Made by a program: the position numbers and the translations under genes
Assembly (NCBI GenBank): GCA_047967505.1
Contig: CM106538.1
Direction: 5' to 3' (one strand)
Origin: Dipteris shenzhenensis
Lineage: Eukaryota
DNA length: 64,000 nt
Notes under the pieces: generated by a model
Seen by the model: only the letters and a program-made list of their open reading frames with translations
Told to the model about the DNA's origin: nothing
Database searches by the model: none
Part shown: positions 11,520-24,300 of the stretch, one piece after another
Position numbering within the stretch: the first letter of the stretch is position 1
Layout of the letters: each line of letters opens with the position of its first letter

Positions 11520-14500
11520 AAGCATAAGCATAAAATTATGCGAAAATAGAGAATGAGCTTATGTGAAGATAGAGAAGGAGAGAAGCATAAGCTTATGCTT
11601 ATGCTTCTCTCATTCTCTATTATGCTTCTCTCCTTCTCTATTTCCGCATAAGCATAAGCATGAGCTTATGCGAAAATAGAGAAGGAGAGAAGGGGGAAAT
11701 GAGAGAAGGGGGAAATAGAGTGGGAAATAGAGAATGAGCTTATGCGGAAATAGAGAATGAGGTTATGCTTCTCTCATTCTCTATTTCTGCGTAAGCTCAC
11801 ACATAAGCATGAGCTTATGCTTATGCTTATGCTTAAGCATAGGCATGGGAAATAGAGAAGGAGCTTATGCGGAAATAGAGAATGAGTTTCCGCATCAGCT
11901 TCTCTCATTCTCTATTTCCGCATAAGCTCATGCATAAGCATGAGCTTGTGTGGAAACTTAAGCATAAGCTCATGCTCATGCATGAGCATAAGCATGAGCT
12001 TATGCTTATGCTTATGCTTAAGCATAGGCATCGGAAATAGAGAAGGAGCTTATGCAGAAATAGAGAATGAGTTTCCGCATAAGCTTCTCTCATTCTCTAT
12101 TTCCGCATAAGCTTCTCTCATTCTCTATTTCCGCATAAGCTCATGCATAAGCATGAGCTTATGCAGAAACTTAAGCATAAGCTCATGCTCATGCATGAGG
12201 ATAAGCATAAGCTCATGCGGAAGCTCATGCGGAAAAAGAGAAGCAGCTTATGCGGAAATAGAGAATGAGTTTCCCCATAAGCTTCTCTCATTCTCTATTT
12301 CCGCATAAGCTCATGCATAAGCATGAGCTTATGCGGAAACTTAAGAATAAGCTCATGCTCATGCATGAGCATAACCATAAGCTCATGCGGAAACTCATGC
12401 AGAAAAAGAGAAGGAGCTTATGCGGAAATAGAGAATGAGTTTCCGCATAAGCTTCTCTCATTCTCTATTTCCGCATAAGCTCATGCATAAGCATGAGCTT
12501 ATGCGGAAACTTAAGCATAAGCTCATGCTCATGCATGAGCATAATCATTGCGGAAACTTAAGCATAAGCTCATGCTCATGCGGAAAAAGAGAAGGAGCTT
12601 ATGTGGAAACTTAAGCATAAGCTCATGCTCATGCATGAGCATAAGCTCATGCTTATGCTCATGCAGAAAAGGAGAAGGAGCTTATGCAGAAAAAGGGAAG
12701 GAGCTTATGCGGAAATAGAGAATGAGAGAAGCATAAGCTTCTCTCATTCTCTATTTCCGCATAAGCTCATGCATAAGCATAAGCTTATGCGGAAACTTAA
12801 GCATAAGCTCATGCTTATGCTCATGCGGAAAAAGAGAAGGAGCTTATGCGAAAAAAGAGAAGGAGCTTATGCGGAAACTTAAGCATAAGCTCATGCTCAT
12901 GCGGAAAAAGAGAAGGAGCTTATGCGGAAAAAGAGAAGGAGCTTATGCGGAAATAGAGAATGAGAGAAGCATAAGCTTCTCTCATTCTCTATTTCCGCAT
13001 AAGCTCATGCATAAGCTCATGCATAAGCTTATGCGGAAACTTAAGCATAAGCTCATGCTCATGCATGAGCATAAGCATGAGCTTATGCTTATGCTTATGC
13101 TTATGCATAAGCATAAGCATAAGCTCATGCTTATGCTCATGCGGAAAAAGAGAAGGAGCTTATGCGGAAATAGAGAATGAGAGAAGCATAAGCTTCTCTC
13201 ATTCTCTATTTCCACATAAGCTCATGCATAAGCATAAGCTTATGCAAAAACTTAAGCATAAGCTCATGCTCATGCATGAGCATAAGCATGAGCTTATGCT
13301 TATGCTTATGCATAAGCATAAGCATAAGCATAAGCTCATGCTTATGCTCATGCGGAAAAAGAGAAGGAGCTTATGCGGAAAAAGAGAAGGAGCTTATGCG
13401 GAAACTTAAGCATAAGCTCATGCTCATGCATGAGCATAAGCATGAGCTTATGCTTATGCTTATGCATAAGCATAAGCATAAGCATCATGCGGAAAAAGAG
13501 AAGGAGCTTATGCGGAAAAAGAGAAGGAGCTGATGTGGAAATAGAGAATGAGAGAAGCATAAGCTTCTCTCATTCTCTATTTCCACATAAGCTCACACAT
13601 AAGCATGAGCTTATGCGGAAACTTAAGCATAAGCTCATGCTTATGCTCATGCGGAAAAAGAGAAGGAGCTTATGCAGAAAAAGAGAAGGAGCTTATGCGG
13701 AAACTTAAGCATAAGCTCATGCTTATGCTCATGCGGAAAAAGAGAAGGAGCTTATGTAAGCTTCTCTCATTCTCTATTTTCGCATAAGCTCACGCATAAG
13801 CATGAGCTTATGCGGATGCTTCCCTCATTCTCTATTTCTGCATAAGCTCACGCATAAGCATGAGCTTATGCAGAAACTTAAGCATAAGCTCATGCTCATG
13901 TATGAGCATAAGCATGAGCTTATGCTTATGCTTAATGCATAAGCATAAGCATAAGCTAATGCTTATGCTCATGCGGAAAAAGAGAAGGAGCTTATGCGGA
14001 AATAGAGAATGAGAGAAGCTTATAAGCTTCTCTCATTCTCTATTTCCGCATAAGCTTCTCTCATTCTCTATTTCCGCATAAGCTCACGCATAAGCATGAG
14101 CTTATGCGGAAACTTAAGCATAAGCTCATGCTCATGTATGAGCATAAGCTAATGCTTATGCTCATGCAGAAAAAGAGAAGGAGCTTATGCGGAAATAGAG
14201 AATGAGAGAAGCATAAGCTTCTCTCATTCTCTATTTCCGCATAAGCTCATGCATAAGCATGAGCTTATGCGGAAACTTAAGCATAAGCTCATGCTCATGT
14301 ATGAGCATAAGCTAATGCTTATGCTCATGCGGAAAAAGAGAAGGAGCTTATGCAAAAATAGAGAATGAGAGAAGCATAAGCTTCTCGCATTCTCTATTTC
14401 CGCATAAGCATGAGCTTATGCAGAAACTTAAGCAGAAGCTCATGCTCATGTATGAGCATAAGCTAATGCTTATGCTCATGCGGAAAAAGAGAAGGAGCTT

Positions 14501-14830
14501 ATGTGGAAATAGAGAATGAGAGAAGCATAAGCTTCTCTCATTCTCTATTTTCGCATAAGCTCATGCATAAGCATGAGCTTATGCGGAAACTTAAGCATAA
14601 GCTCATGCTCATGTATGAGCATAAGCTCATGCTTATGCTCATGCGGAAAAAGAGAAGAAGCTTATGCATAAGCTCATGCTCATGCATGAGCATAAGCATG
14701 AGCTCATGCTCATGCATTAGCATAAGCATAAGCTCCTTCTCATGCGGAAACTTAAGCATAAGCTCATGCTCATGCATTAGCATAAGCATAAGCTCATGCT
14801 TATGCTCATGCATGAGCATGAGCTTATGTG
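11520..14830. repeat. ~3.3-kb palindromic low-complexity satellite inside the CACTA element
   Basis: Built from GCATAA/TTATGC, GCTCAT/ATGAGC and GCGGAAATAGAGAATGAG blocks in both orientations. Example: perfect 32-bp stem with 4-nt loop at 12701-12768. Confidence 0.95.
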
Positions 14831-15744
14831 AATTAGAGAAGGGGAAAATAGAGAAGGGGGAAAGAGAGAAGGGGGAATGAGAGAAGCATAAGCATAAGAG
14901 AATAAGAGGGAAAGGAAATAGAGAATAAGAGGGAAAGGAAAGAGAGAAGGGAAAAGAGATGAGGGGGAAAGAGAGAAGGGGGAAAGAGAGAATAAGAGAA
15001 GAGGGAAAAAAGAGAAGGGGGAAAAAGGAGAATAAGAGAAGGGGGAAGAAGGAAAGAGTGGGAGGGGAAGAGAGGGTTCCTACGCCCATCACTGCAGCTA
15101 GCGCCTTAAGCGCTAGGCCAATGCAAATAACAAAAATAATAAATGGAAAAAAGAGGAAGCACTTACCTGAAAAAGTATGTCCCGCTCGGTGTAGTGAACT
15201 GGCCCTACAAAAGAGAGAAAACAATGCATTTTTTCAAATAAGATGTTAGTGGAAGGAGGAAATTACAAAAGCAACTTCTTGAAGGGAGGAGATTAAGGAG
15301 ACAAGGAAAGGAGGAGATTGAGGAGACAAGGAGAAAGAGAAGGAAGAGAAATATAGAAAAAAGAGGTGAGTTTTCTTTCTTTCTTGAAATCTCGTTTTTT
15401 GTTTCAATCCTTTCAAAACAAGCATGAAAACTAGTTTACAGGTTTAGCAATACAAGAAGAAACACTCACAAAACTAAAGCTAACAAACAAACAACCTACA
15501 TTGTTGAAACAAACTCACCTCTTGAAGAACTTTCTTTCAAGAAACCAAAGAGGGAAAAGGATAGAGAGGGAGTACAAGAGGTAGGAGAAGGGTGAGGAGT
15601 GGAAAATAGAGTGGGAGGTTGCTTGGAATAGGTGGGAGGTCGTCAAAAATAGGTGGGAGGAGATTTTGGGTTGCTTACTTGAGAGATTAGGGAATAGTTT
15701 GAAGAAAATGCCGCGCGATTAGAGTTTCGGGTTTTAACCCACAG

Positions 15745-15872
15745 CGTCGCTATATAGCAACGCTCTGTTCCGTCGCTATATAGCGACGCTTATTCATCGC
15801 TATATAGCGATGTTTTTAATTAAAAATGTCGCTATATAGCGACGGAACAGAGTGTCGCTATATAGCGACGCT
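15745..15872. promoter_or_regulatory. Internal cluster of five CACTA subterminal-type palindromes (TCGCTATATAGCGA)
   Basis: Same motif as the terminal arrays, located between the two divergent genes. Regulatory role is inferred. Confidence 0.6.
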
Positions 15873-15975
15873 TACTGTCACTTTTTTAATATGGCCTCAA
15901 GAGAAGCTCAAACATGCTATTTTATAATTGTCAATATCTCCTCTTCATGCTTATGTTGTGATTTTATAAGTGTAG

Positions 15976-18900
15976 ATGGAAGGGACGAGTGGAAGCTCGT
16001 CCGATGATGCACCAATGCCCGGGAGCACGAAGTGGCTTACGGAGAGGTTATGCTGTCATTGCACTCATTGCAAGTGAGAAGTACAACATCAACGTCGTAT
16101 TATCATGCGCCACTTGCGGATGTATGGGGAGGAGCCGGAACCAGTACCTCCCGTTGGTGTTGCACATGTTGATGGATCATCGGTAAGTCAAAGCTATTTA
16201 AGTTCGCAATCTTATTGTATACCAGGAAATAGAAGATCTTATATTTACACGAAATCTTAAAACAGGATGAGGAGGGTGACGAGGGTACACATATACCTTC
16301 TCACTTTCAACAAGACTATAGTCTCCCGGATGACGATGAGGGTATGGTCGACATGATGGATTCCATTTTTAGGGGCACTACATCCCATGTACACGTGATG
16401 TCAGAGTCTGAGGTCAAAATGCGAGAGTTGCAATCAACACAATTGTATGAGGGTGCTAGGATGTCTAAACTATGTGCTTGTCTCTCAATCTTGAATCTAC
16501 AAGTACAGTATGGGTGGTCGGATACAAGTGTCTCGGCCTTAATGAGGTTAGCCCTTGCATTAATTTGACTCATTATTTGGATATTGTTTGTTTTGAGAAT
16601 CATCATTTGGATAGTGTCTTTGTCATAGGTTGCTCCAGAAGATGTTGCCTGCACCAAATACCATGCCCGCATCAAGAGATGAGGCGAAAAAGATGCTAAC
16701 AACGGTGGGTATGGATTATGATACCATCCATGCTTGCCGTAATGATTGTATTCTCTTTCGTCATGAGCATGGAGATTTGGCTAGTTGTCCAAAGTGTGGG
16801 GAACAACGATATAGAGATGACTTGCAGGGTGAGCGGATACCGGTAAAGGTATTAAGACACTTTCCCATCATTGCAAGAATACAACACATGTTTTGATGCA
16901 AATCCATAGCGGAGTTGATGACATGGCATGCATCTCATCAGTCCACTGATCACACATTGAGGATTCCTGCAGATTGTGCACCTTGGAAGCACATAGATAA
17001 TCAGTGGCCAGACTTTGCGAGGGAGCCACGCAACTTACATCTTGGGCTAGCCATGGACTGCGCGAATCCTTTCGGGTTACGCTCGACATCTTGGTCGACA
17101 TGGCCCATAGTCGTGGTGAATTACAATATCCCACCATGGCTAACAATAAAAAAGGGACACCTCATGCTTGCACTACTTGTGCCAGGAAACTTACAAGGCA
17201 AAAAACATGGACGTGTACATGGCACCTTTGATAGAGGAGTTACAGATATTATGGAGAGAAGTGCAGGTCTTTGATATTTCCAGAGCTCCTAGACATACCA
17301 ATGATGTTTTGGTCAGGGGTATCTTGATGTGGACCATGCATGACTACCCAGGATATGGAGAGTTCGCAGGTAGGTGGTTGTGTCTTTACATGTACAATGA
17401 GGGATTATGCTTTTTTTACTCTCTTTTGCATGCATGTCTTGTACTAACACATTCATGCACGCGTGCAAGACTTGTTACAAGTGGGTACCATGCTTGTCCT
17501 GTTTGTGGACCGGCTCTGAAATCGCTTGCACGCTACTCCAAACATATGAGGAAAAATGTTTATGAAGGTCATGCTCGATACCTTCCGCTCGACCATCTCG
17601 CACATGGAGGTCAGCTTGATCCACCACCATCATATTTGAAGGCAAGTGATTGGATTCAAGCTTGGAGGGCGAATGGAGAGGAACCTCCTCCTGGTATGAA
17701 GAGGCTATCAATCTTTCACGAGCTTCCTTATTGGGGTCAGTTACAAATCAATCATCTCTTGGATCCCATGCATATCTTCAAGAATGTGGGGGCTACTATT
17801 TGAGCACACTTGGTTGGTTCCAAGGACTCGAGAGGAGTGCGAGAAGACTTGCGTGCTATGAATAGGATGTCTCGTTTGTGGCCCCAAGTGCATGCTTCGG
17901 GAAAAGTTGTCCTCCCAAAAGCAACGTGGATCCTCTCTACGAGGGAGGAGGCAGCGGTCAAGGCAGACATTGCCTCTTTTCAAACACCGACAAGGTACAT
18001 GCGTTGCTTGAAAGGAGCATTTTCAAAGGACAATAAGCTTATTGGCCTCAAGTCCCATGATTGGCACAAGGTCTTACAGGTATTGTAAGTAGAATTAGTG
18101 TACCAATAATAGTGATGCGTTAGCGTAATTATTATTATGTTATATTGTTGACATGACTTCATTGTTGCTTTGATAGTTCATCCTCCCAATTACAATAAAA
18201 GGGTGCTTACAAGAAGATGTTAGAAATGCTATATTCAAGATCTGTGGTATTGTGAGGTATGCTTACTATCAAATCGCATTATGTATTTTCTTAATGGACA
18301 TGTGAAATAGGTGGATATCTCAAATATCTTACATATGCATGGACATGTGAAATAGGTGGATATCTCAAAAAGAGATCTCTATATCGAGCATCGAGAAGGC
18401 TAGGGTGGAATCCATCGAAGCCGTATGCTTGCTTGAGAAGCACTTTCCCTCAAGCATTATGACAACTCAAGTCCACTTGCTTGTGCACATAGTTGATGAG
18501 GTGGCTATAGCAGATACCGTTCATAATCGATGGATGTTTTTTCTCGAGCAGTTTATGAAAACTTTAAAGGGGTTTGTAAGACAAAGAGCAAGACCGGAAG
18601 CAAGCATGGCAGAGGGATGGCTTGTGCAAGAGTCATTAGTATATATCACAGAGTTTCTTGCATCCACGGATCCTGATATGCCGCAAGCTTGGCACAACAA
18701 GGATGATGATCGCATCATTGGCGAGGTTCCCCAAGGAAAAGGGATTGAAAGAAAGATGAGCGAAGAGCAAATGGAGAAATTCAATAAGTTTTGTATCCTC
18801 AATAGCCATGAGATGCAGAAGTGGATTGAGAGATATGAAGTGGCCAAAGCAGAAAGAATAAATGCAAGGACAAGATTCAAAGTAATGTACAGGCAATCAT

Positions 18901-20026
18901 AACCATATCCACGAGATCTGGCTCTTCTCCCTACTCACATGTCACTTGATTGGCTACAACTGGCTCTACGTAAAGCCGAACGTGATGGAGAGACAATAAA
19001 CGAGCGCGAGCGGGAGTTATCATCTGGATGTATGGTGCATGTAAGTTTCTTATCTCTTGACGTAATTAAGTAATTATTTGTGGCAATATATGCTATAAAA
19101 TAGGTGCATCTTCATTGTTTTAATGATGCTCTTTTACAATACAAAAAGTATAGTGCATTATGGTCATATGGACGACATTTTCACGTGGAACGCATCGATT
19201 CAAAGAGAGTCATGTATGATTGTGGAGTCATGGCTAACTTCACACAAGATAGCTGAGCAAGAGCTTCGGATACCAATCTTCTCTCCTCACAATTGGATTA
19301 TTGTGGAACCATACGCAACATCTATAAAATTGATTTCAGACAATTTACTATTTTCATTCTTGATGTAAAATGGTTTAGAACTACTTACAACGGTCCCCAT
19401 GCGACAGTGAGAAAAGATAGTAGTGGTCTCTTTGCAATAGACTCCACCAAACATTGGACCGATGAAAGTGATACTTTTGTTCTTCCCGAGCACTGTGAGC
19501 AGGTGCATACTAATGATTTAATTAGTCGAAGCTTTCATTTTTAAAGTCCATTGATATATATATAATTGACGACATTTGGCACCCATCTTCAATATAGGTG
19601 GTTTTTCATCCGAATCGTTCTGATCCAAGATGGTGGTACGTGATCCAAGTTGCACCACGAAGTAAACAAATTTTTGAAGATCGAGATGTGGATATGGAGA
19701 TACCACTACCAATGCTGGATCCAATTGATGAATCTAGCGAAGAAGATGTAGATCACCATATGAGCCAAGAGGAAGATGCGCATAATGACATCGCACGGGA
19801 GGAGGATGGAGATCACGATATTGACGAAGAAGACAACAATCATCAAGATCAATCACCACACTTAAGCTTTATTGAAGAAGATGAACAAATACTTTTAGGT
19901 GAACGTACGATGCTAGAGTACGATGATGATATAGGAGATCAACTCAGTATAGAGTTGGAGATAGACTTGCTTGGCACCTTAGACTTGGCTCAAGATGAAA
20001 CAGTTGATGTAAATGCTCTTATTTGA
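15976..20026 (+). pseudogene. CACTA transposase (TnpD/Tnp2, Transposase_21 family with DUF4218/DUF4216-type regions), multi-exon, disrupted
   Basis: Exon 1 15976-16182 (CCHCTHC..HLRMYG), then IHACRNDCILF, CPKCGEQRY, FAREPRNLHLGLAMD, STWPIVVVNYNIPPW, WTMHDYPGYG, ACPVC, LDPMHIFKNV, GLKSHDWH, RWMFFLEQFMKTLK, FVLPEHCEQV. GT-AG introns; several stops and frameshifts. Confidence 0.95.
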
Positions 20027-20285
20027 TTTTTCTCGTCTCAAACTTGGACATGAATATATGAGCTTCAAAGGCTTGATGTACATGCTCTCATTTTTTATTT
20101 CTCTATGAGCTCAAACATGTATGAAATTTAAAAAAATTTGTCATTGGAAAAAACTAACTTTTAAGGCCTATTAAAACAAAAAACCCTCTCTGTAAAAACG
20201 TCGCTATAATATTTTGTATCAGTGTCGCTATATAGTACTAAACGTCGGTACGTAAACGTTGTAATAGGATCCGTGTGTAGTAGTG

Positions 20286-22004
20286 TCAGTCCGTAGGCAT
20301 TTAAGCATTCTACCTGACTGATTCTCAACCAAGGCCAGCCATTTTTGAAATACCTGGAACACATCACTCTTCCGAGCTATTGCATAAGCCCACACTTTCC
20401 TAGTTGCATCATCAATGAATGTCACATAGTATTCAGCCCCAGCTAATGACCGTGTAGGCATGGGACCACATGCGTCTGAATGCACCAAATCAAGCTTTTC
20501 AAACTCTTTCTTTCCCCTTCTTTTATGGGCTGATTTAGTCTGCTTCCCATAGAGACACTGCTCACAAAATTCAAAATCAGAGAAACCCAAATGTGGTACA
20601 TAACTCAAATGGCATAAGAGTTTCATTCCATTCTGGCTCATGTGCCCCAACCTGTAATGCCACAAAGAAGTGCTTGGCTACTCGGTTATTACAACAACAT
20701 GATCAAATACCCCTGATACATGTAAGGGATACAAAGTCCCACATTTGGCACTCCTGGCCAAAAGCATAGAGCCCTTCTAAATTTTCCAACTCTGAAAGCC
20801 AAAAGTGGTGTGAAAACCAGCATCATCTAGCTGACCCACTGAAATAAGACTCTTGGTCAACTTAGGCACATGTCTCACATGTTTCAAAATAAATGCAGAC
20901 CCATTTGCAAAAGAAAACTTTATGTCACCTGCTCCGACTATGTCACATGCATAGTCATTTCCAAGATGCACACAACCTGTCTCCACTGTCATAAGTGGAG
21001 AACCATTCCCTATGGGGAGTAACATGGAATGAAGCACCAGAATCCAAAATCCAATCTTGGGAATATGCATCATCTGAAGTGGTAAGCAACTCTGTAGATA
21101 AACTAGACATGAAGGGAACATCATTGTCACTATCATGTGTGACTGCATTGATCTCCTCGATCTGCACTTTTCCTTTGTCCTCCCTTGGACTCTCTTCCTT
21201 TTGATTTGCACCCCAATTTGCATTCTTTTTCTTATCCTTTTGCTCTCTTTTCAACTTGTAGCAATCCTTTTTCATATGGCCCTTCTTGCCACAGTGGTAA
21301 CACTCAATGTTCTGTGCCTTGGATTTGCTACGAGACTTCCCTCTTTCTTGGGACTTCCCCCTGAACTGTGATCTGCCCCTTTGCACATTTAAGGCTGCAT
21401 CCTGCTTATTGCCATCCATAGACTTGCATCTAATCTCCTCGGCCAACAAGCTACCCACAACATCATCAAATTTCAGTAGTCCACCAGGTGCAGAGTTACT
21501 GACAGCTGTACCGAAGGTATCCCATGAGGATGGCAATGAACATAAGAGAAATATTGCCTTAGTCTCCGCATCAAAATTCATCTTCTGAGCCTGAAGCTGG
21601 CTGAAAATAATATTGAATTCATTCAAGTGAGAAGCAATGGAGACCCCTTCCTTCATCTGCAGCTCAAACAACCTCTTCATGAGGTAAACTTTATTAGAGG
21701 CAGTTTTCTTTTCATAAGTGGCACACAGTTTCTTCCACAAATCTTCCGTAGTCTGCTCATTTACTACTGTGAAATAAACTGACTCTGCAAGATGAAGTCT
21801 AATAGTAGATTTTGCTAATGCATCCAACTCATTCCAATCATCCTCAGACATATTTGCAAGCTTAGCTTCAATCCCTGCCAAGGGTTTAATCTGCTTCTTT
21901 TGAATAAGCACATCCCTTATTTGTTCTTTCCACAAAAAAAAGTTTATCCCATCAAAATTTTTAATGCTGAAAAACTCCTTTTTAGACATGGAAGAGGATT
22001 CCAT
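20286..22004 (-). pseudogene. Copia B1 gag-protease-integrase N-part
   Basis: FDGINFFLWKEQI, CYHCGKKGHMKKDC, WILDSGASFHVT, WHYRLGHMS..CEQC, LVHSDACGP. Confidence 0.95.
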
Positions 22005-23057
22005 AATGCAAATAAAGCAAAATCCCAAATGCTAGTGTCTGTAAGAGAGAATCACACCAAATACCAGGTGCACCCAAATGTGTATGCCACAATAGAGTGA
22101 AATATCACCAAAACTCAAAGCTCAAAGCATCAAAAGATGCAGTTGACTCGTGTGCATGTACTATGCATCCATATGAGCAAATCTGGCCCAAAAGAAAATG
22201 CCAACTGCAATGGCAATCCAAAATGCCAATAAGTGCCAAATGACTCAAGCATAAACACCGTCCACTGGCATATGCATCAATAATATCTCATCCAAGAGAG
22301 CATAGCACTATCAGTGCATCACCTGCAATGTGTCAAAGCTGTCCCTCAGCATAAAATAGCATCCATGTGCAAAGCGTCAATAAAAATAGCATCCCACAAG
22401 GCAATTTGGGCCTATCAATGCATCCAATAAGGACCGCAATGCATCCAAATGGGCTATAAATCATCCACTACAACCCAATGCACACCATGAATGAGTGCAC
22501 ACTGCTCAAACTGCAACCAGAGTGATCTGCATAAGGTATGCTCAAGAAATCATGGTCCCACGATAATGACAGCTACTGAAAATAGAACCTGAGATGCCTC
22601 AAAACATGGGCGCCATTGCATAATCGGACTCAGCAAGAAATTCTGCAAATATCTCTCTTCTATCGGAACTCCAAAATCCCAACCGATGAGTGAGAAATGG
22701 GAGTCAACACTTATCCACTGCCATATGGCATAAATCTAAGGTTTCAAAACCTTAGAATGAAAAATGCATAACAGAGAGATGAAATCGAATATACAGAGAT
22801 CTATAACTCTGAAAATACTCCACCGAATCGTGCAATAACTGATAGGTAGGGGTTTTTGGGCATCGGAATGCAATGGGACAGACGGTTTTGGAAACTGTGG
22901 TCTCAATCACTGGGAGATCACTGGGTCTAACACACGGGCTGAAAAACGTTTTTGGAAACAGAGCTGTTTGTAAACTCCACCGGAGTGTGAATGATGAGCA
23001 ACATAGAAGTTTTAGGACCTCCTAAGTCCACTGGAACTGACAGATCTGCAAATGGTT

Positions 23058-24300
23058 GCGGTTGATGGAACTTCTTCTTTCCTTTCTTGATTGTGATTCT
23101 TTATGATCCCCAATCTTGATTTACTTTGGCAGCTCTCAACCATGGTCTTCCCAAAATCATGGAATATGCACAATCTTTTTCTTCCATTCTCAATACCACA
23201 AATGTCACTTTGAATGTTAGTCCCAAAATGCTTATCTCTTGACCCCTAAGAATTCCAAGTGGTTATTCTTCTTTGGCCAGCCATTATGACCTGAAATGGA
23301 GTTGGTGCAAGTTCATTGCAACAAAACTTCTTGAACAAATCCTTAGATAGGATGTTCACTCCTGAACCTCCATCTATAAGCTCTTCTGGGATCCTTTGTC
23401 TTTTATAATCCACATCTATTAGTGGGACTTGGTAATCCACATCCTCTATTGTGGAAGTATATATATCTGGTGTTTCCTCTTCATCTTCATTTTGTGGATG
23501 ATTTTGTATGTGAGTATTCTTCTCGGAGTGTAAACTCTGATATATTTGCTTCTTAAATGCTGGAACCAGATTCAAAAGCTTATCCAATGTAATTTGGACC
23601 TTAGAGTCCAAATCCAGGAGTTTTTTGAAGAGTGGTGTGGACTGCAATGTCTCCTGAAATCTATTTGACATGAGCCGAGATATCCACCATGAAAGAAAAG
23701 AGAAGGAGAACTAATGGCACTAGATTGTGTTCGACTACTTGTACTACAGTCTTGCCCACTAAGTTGCTTGTAATATCGATGGAGCTTGATGATTTGAAAG
23801 CTTATATAGTACTTTGTTGTCGATGTAATCGTATTGATCTTGATTTTATTGATAAACTACTTCAAAATAACCTTATGTCGCATTGTCCAGTCGGAACCAG
23901 TCTGGGGTCGATCCACTTCTGTCGAAGACCCAATCCAAGAACAAGCCTTGTAGTTGTTTGCACCTCGTTGCAATTCTTCTAACTTGTTTAGAGGTTGCTA
24001 GATATTCTTGAGCATGTTCTTTACATGAGTTCTTTCTAGTAGAATCGTAATCTATCTCCTATCGTAGTCCACTAGAAGTTGGATTTTCATATGAATTCGT
24101 GTTATGAATGCACCGATTTGTCGAGCTATTGTGTCATCTTTGTTTTATATTGAGGTAGCCTTTTTGCACGCACTCCTTTTTTTATTGTATTCATTGGAGT
24201 TGTCACTATTTGTTGGTTTCTTATTGTTGTTCAAGTCATTTTGGATCTTATTGTTGTCACTCTTTTGCACAATTACTATGTAGCAGCAACCGGCTGGGAG
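23058..24300 (-). pseudogene. Gypsy G1: protease and gag remnant
   Basis: ORF 23246..23671 with LIDGGSGVNIL aspartic protease motif. Upstream boundary is approximate. Confidence 0.7.

Larger units (their letters stand above)
9278..20285. mobile_element. Complete CACTA (En/Spm-like) DNA transposon, ~11.0 kb
   Basis: Starts CACTAC at 9278 and ends GTAGTG at 20285. 3-bp TSD TCA at 9275-9277 and 20286-20288; removing it restores B1 integrase RTDNGGEY. Subterminal TCGCTATATAGCGA palindromes and a Transposase_21-type gene. Confidence 0.96.
6703..23057 (-). mobile_element. Ty1/Copia element B1 (5'-truncated, interrupted by CACTA)
   Basis: 3' LTR 6703-6875 with PPT AAGTGGGAGGT. RNase H, RT and IN at 6929-9277; IN, PR and gag at 20286-22004. 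Leader similarity to B2 stops at ~23057; no 5' LTR or PBS. Confidence 0.9.

Noticed and set aside
11520-14830. CRISPR-like array, or His/Met/Leu-rich proteins from the many ORFs
   Set aside because: No unique spacers, no cas genes and a eukaryotic context. The ORFs are translations of 6-bp repeat words on both strands.
15190-15196. Internal TGTAGTG as a second CACTA end
   Set aside because: No matching TSD and no adjacent subterminal repeats; it lies in a predicted small exon.
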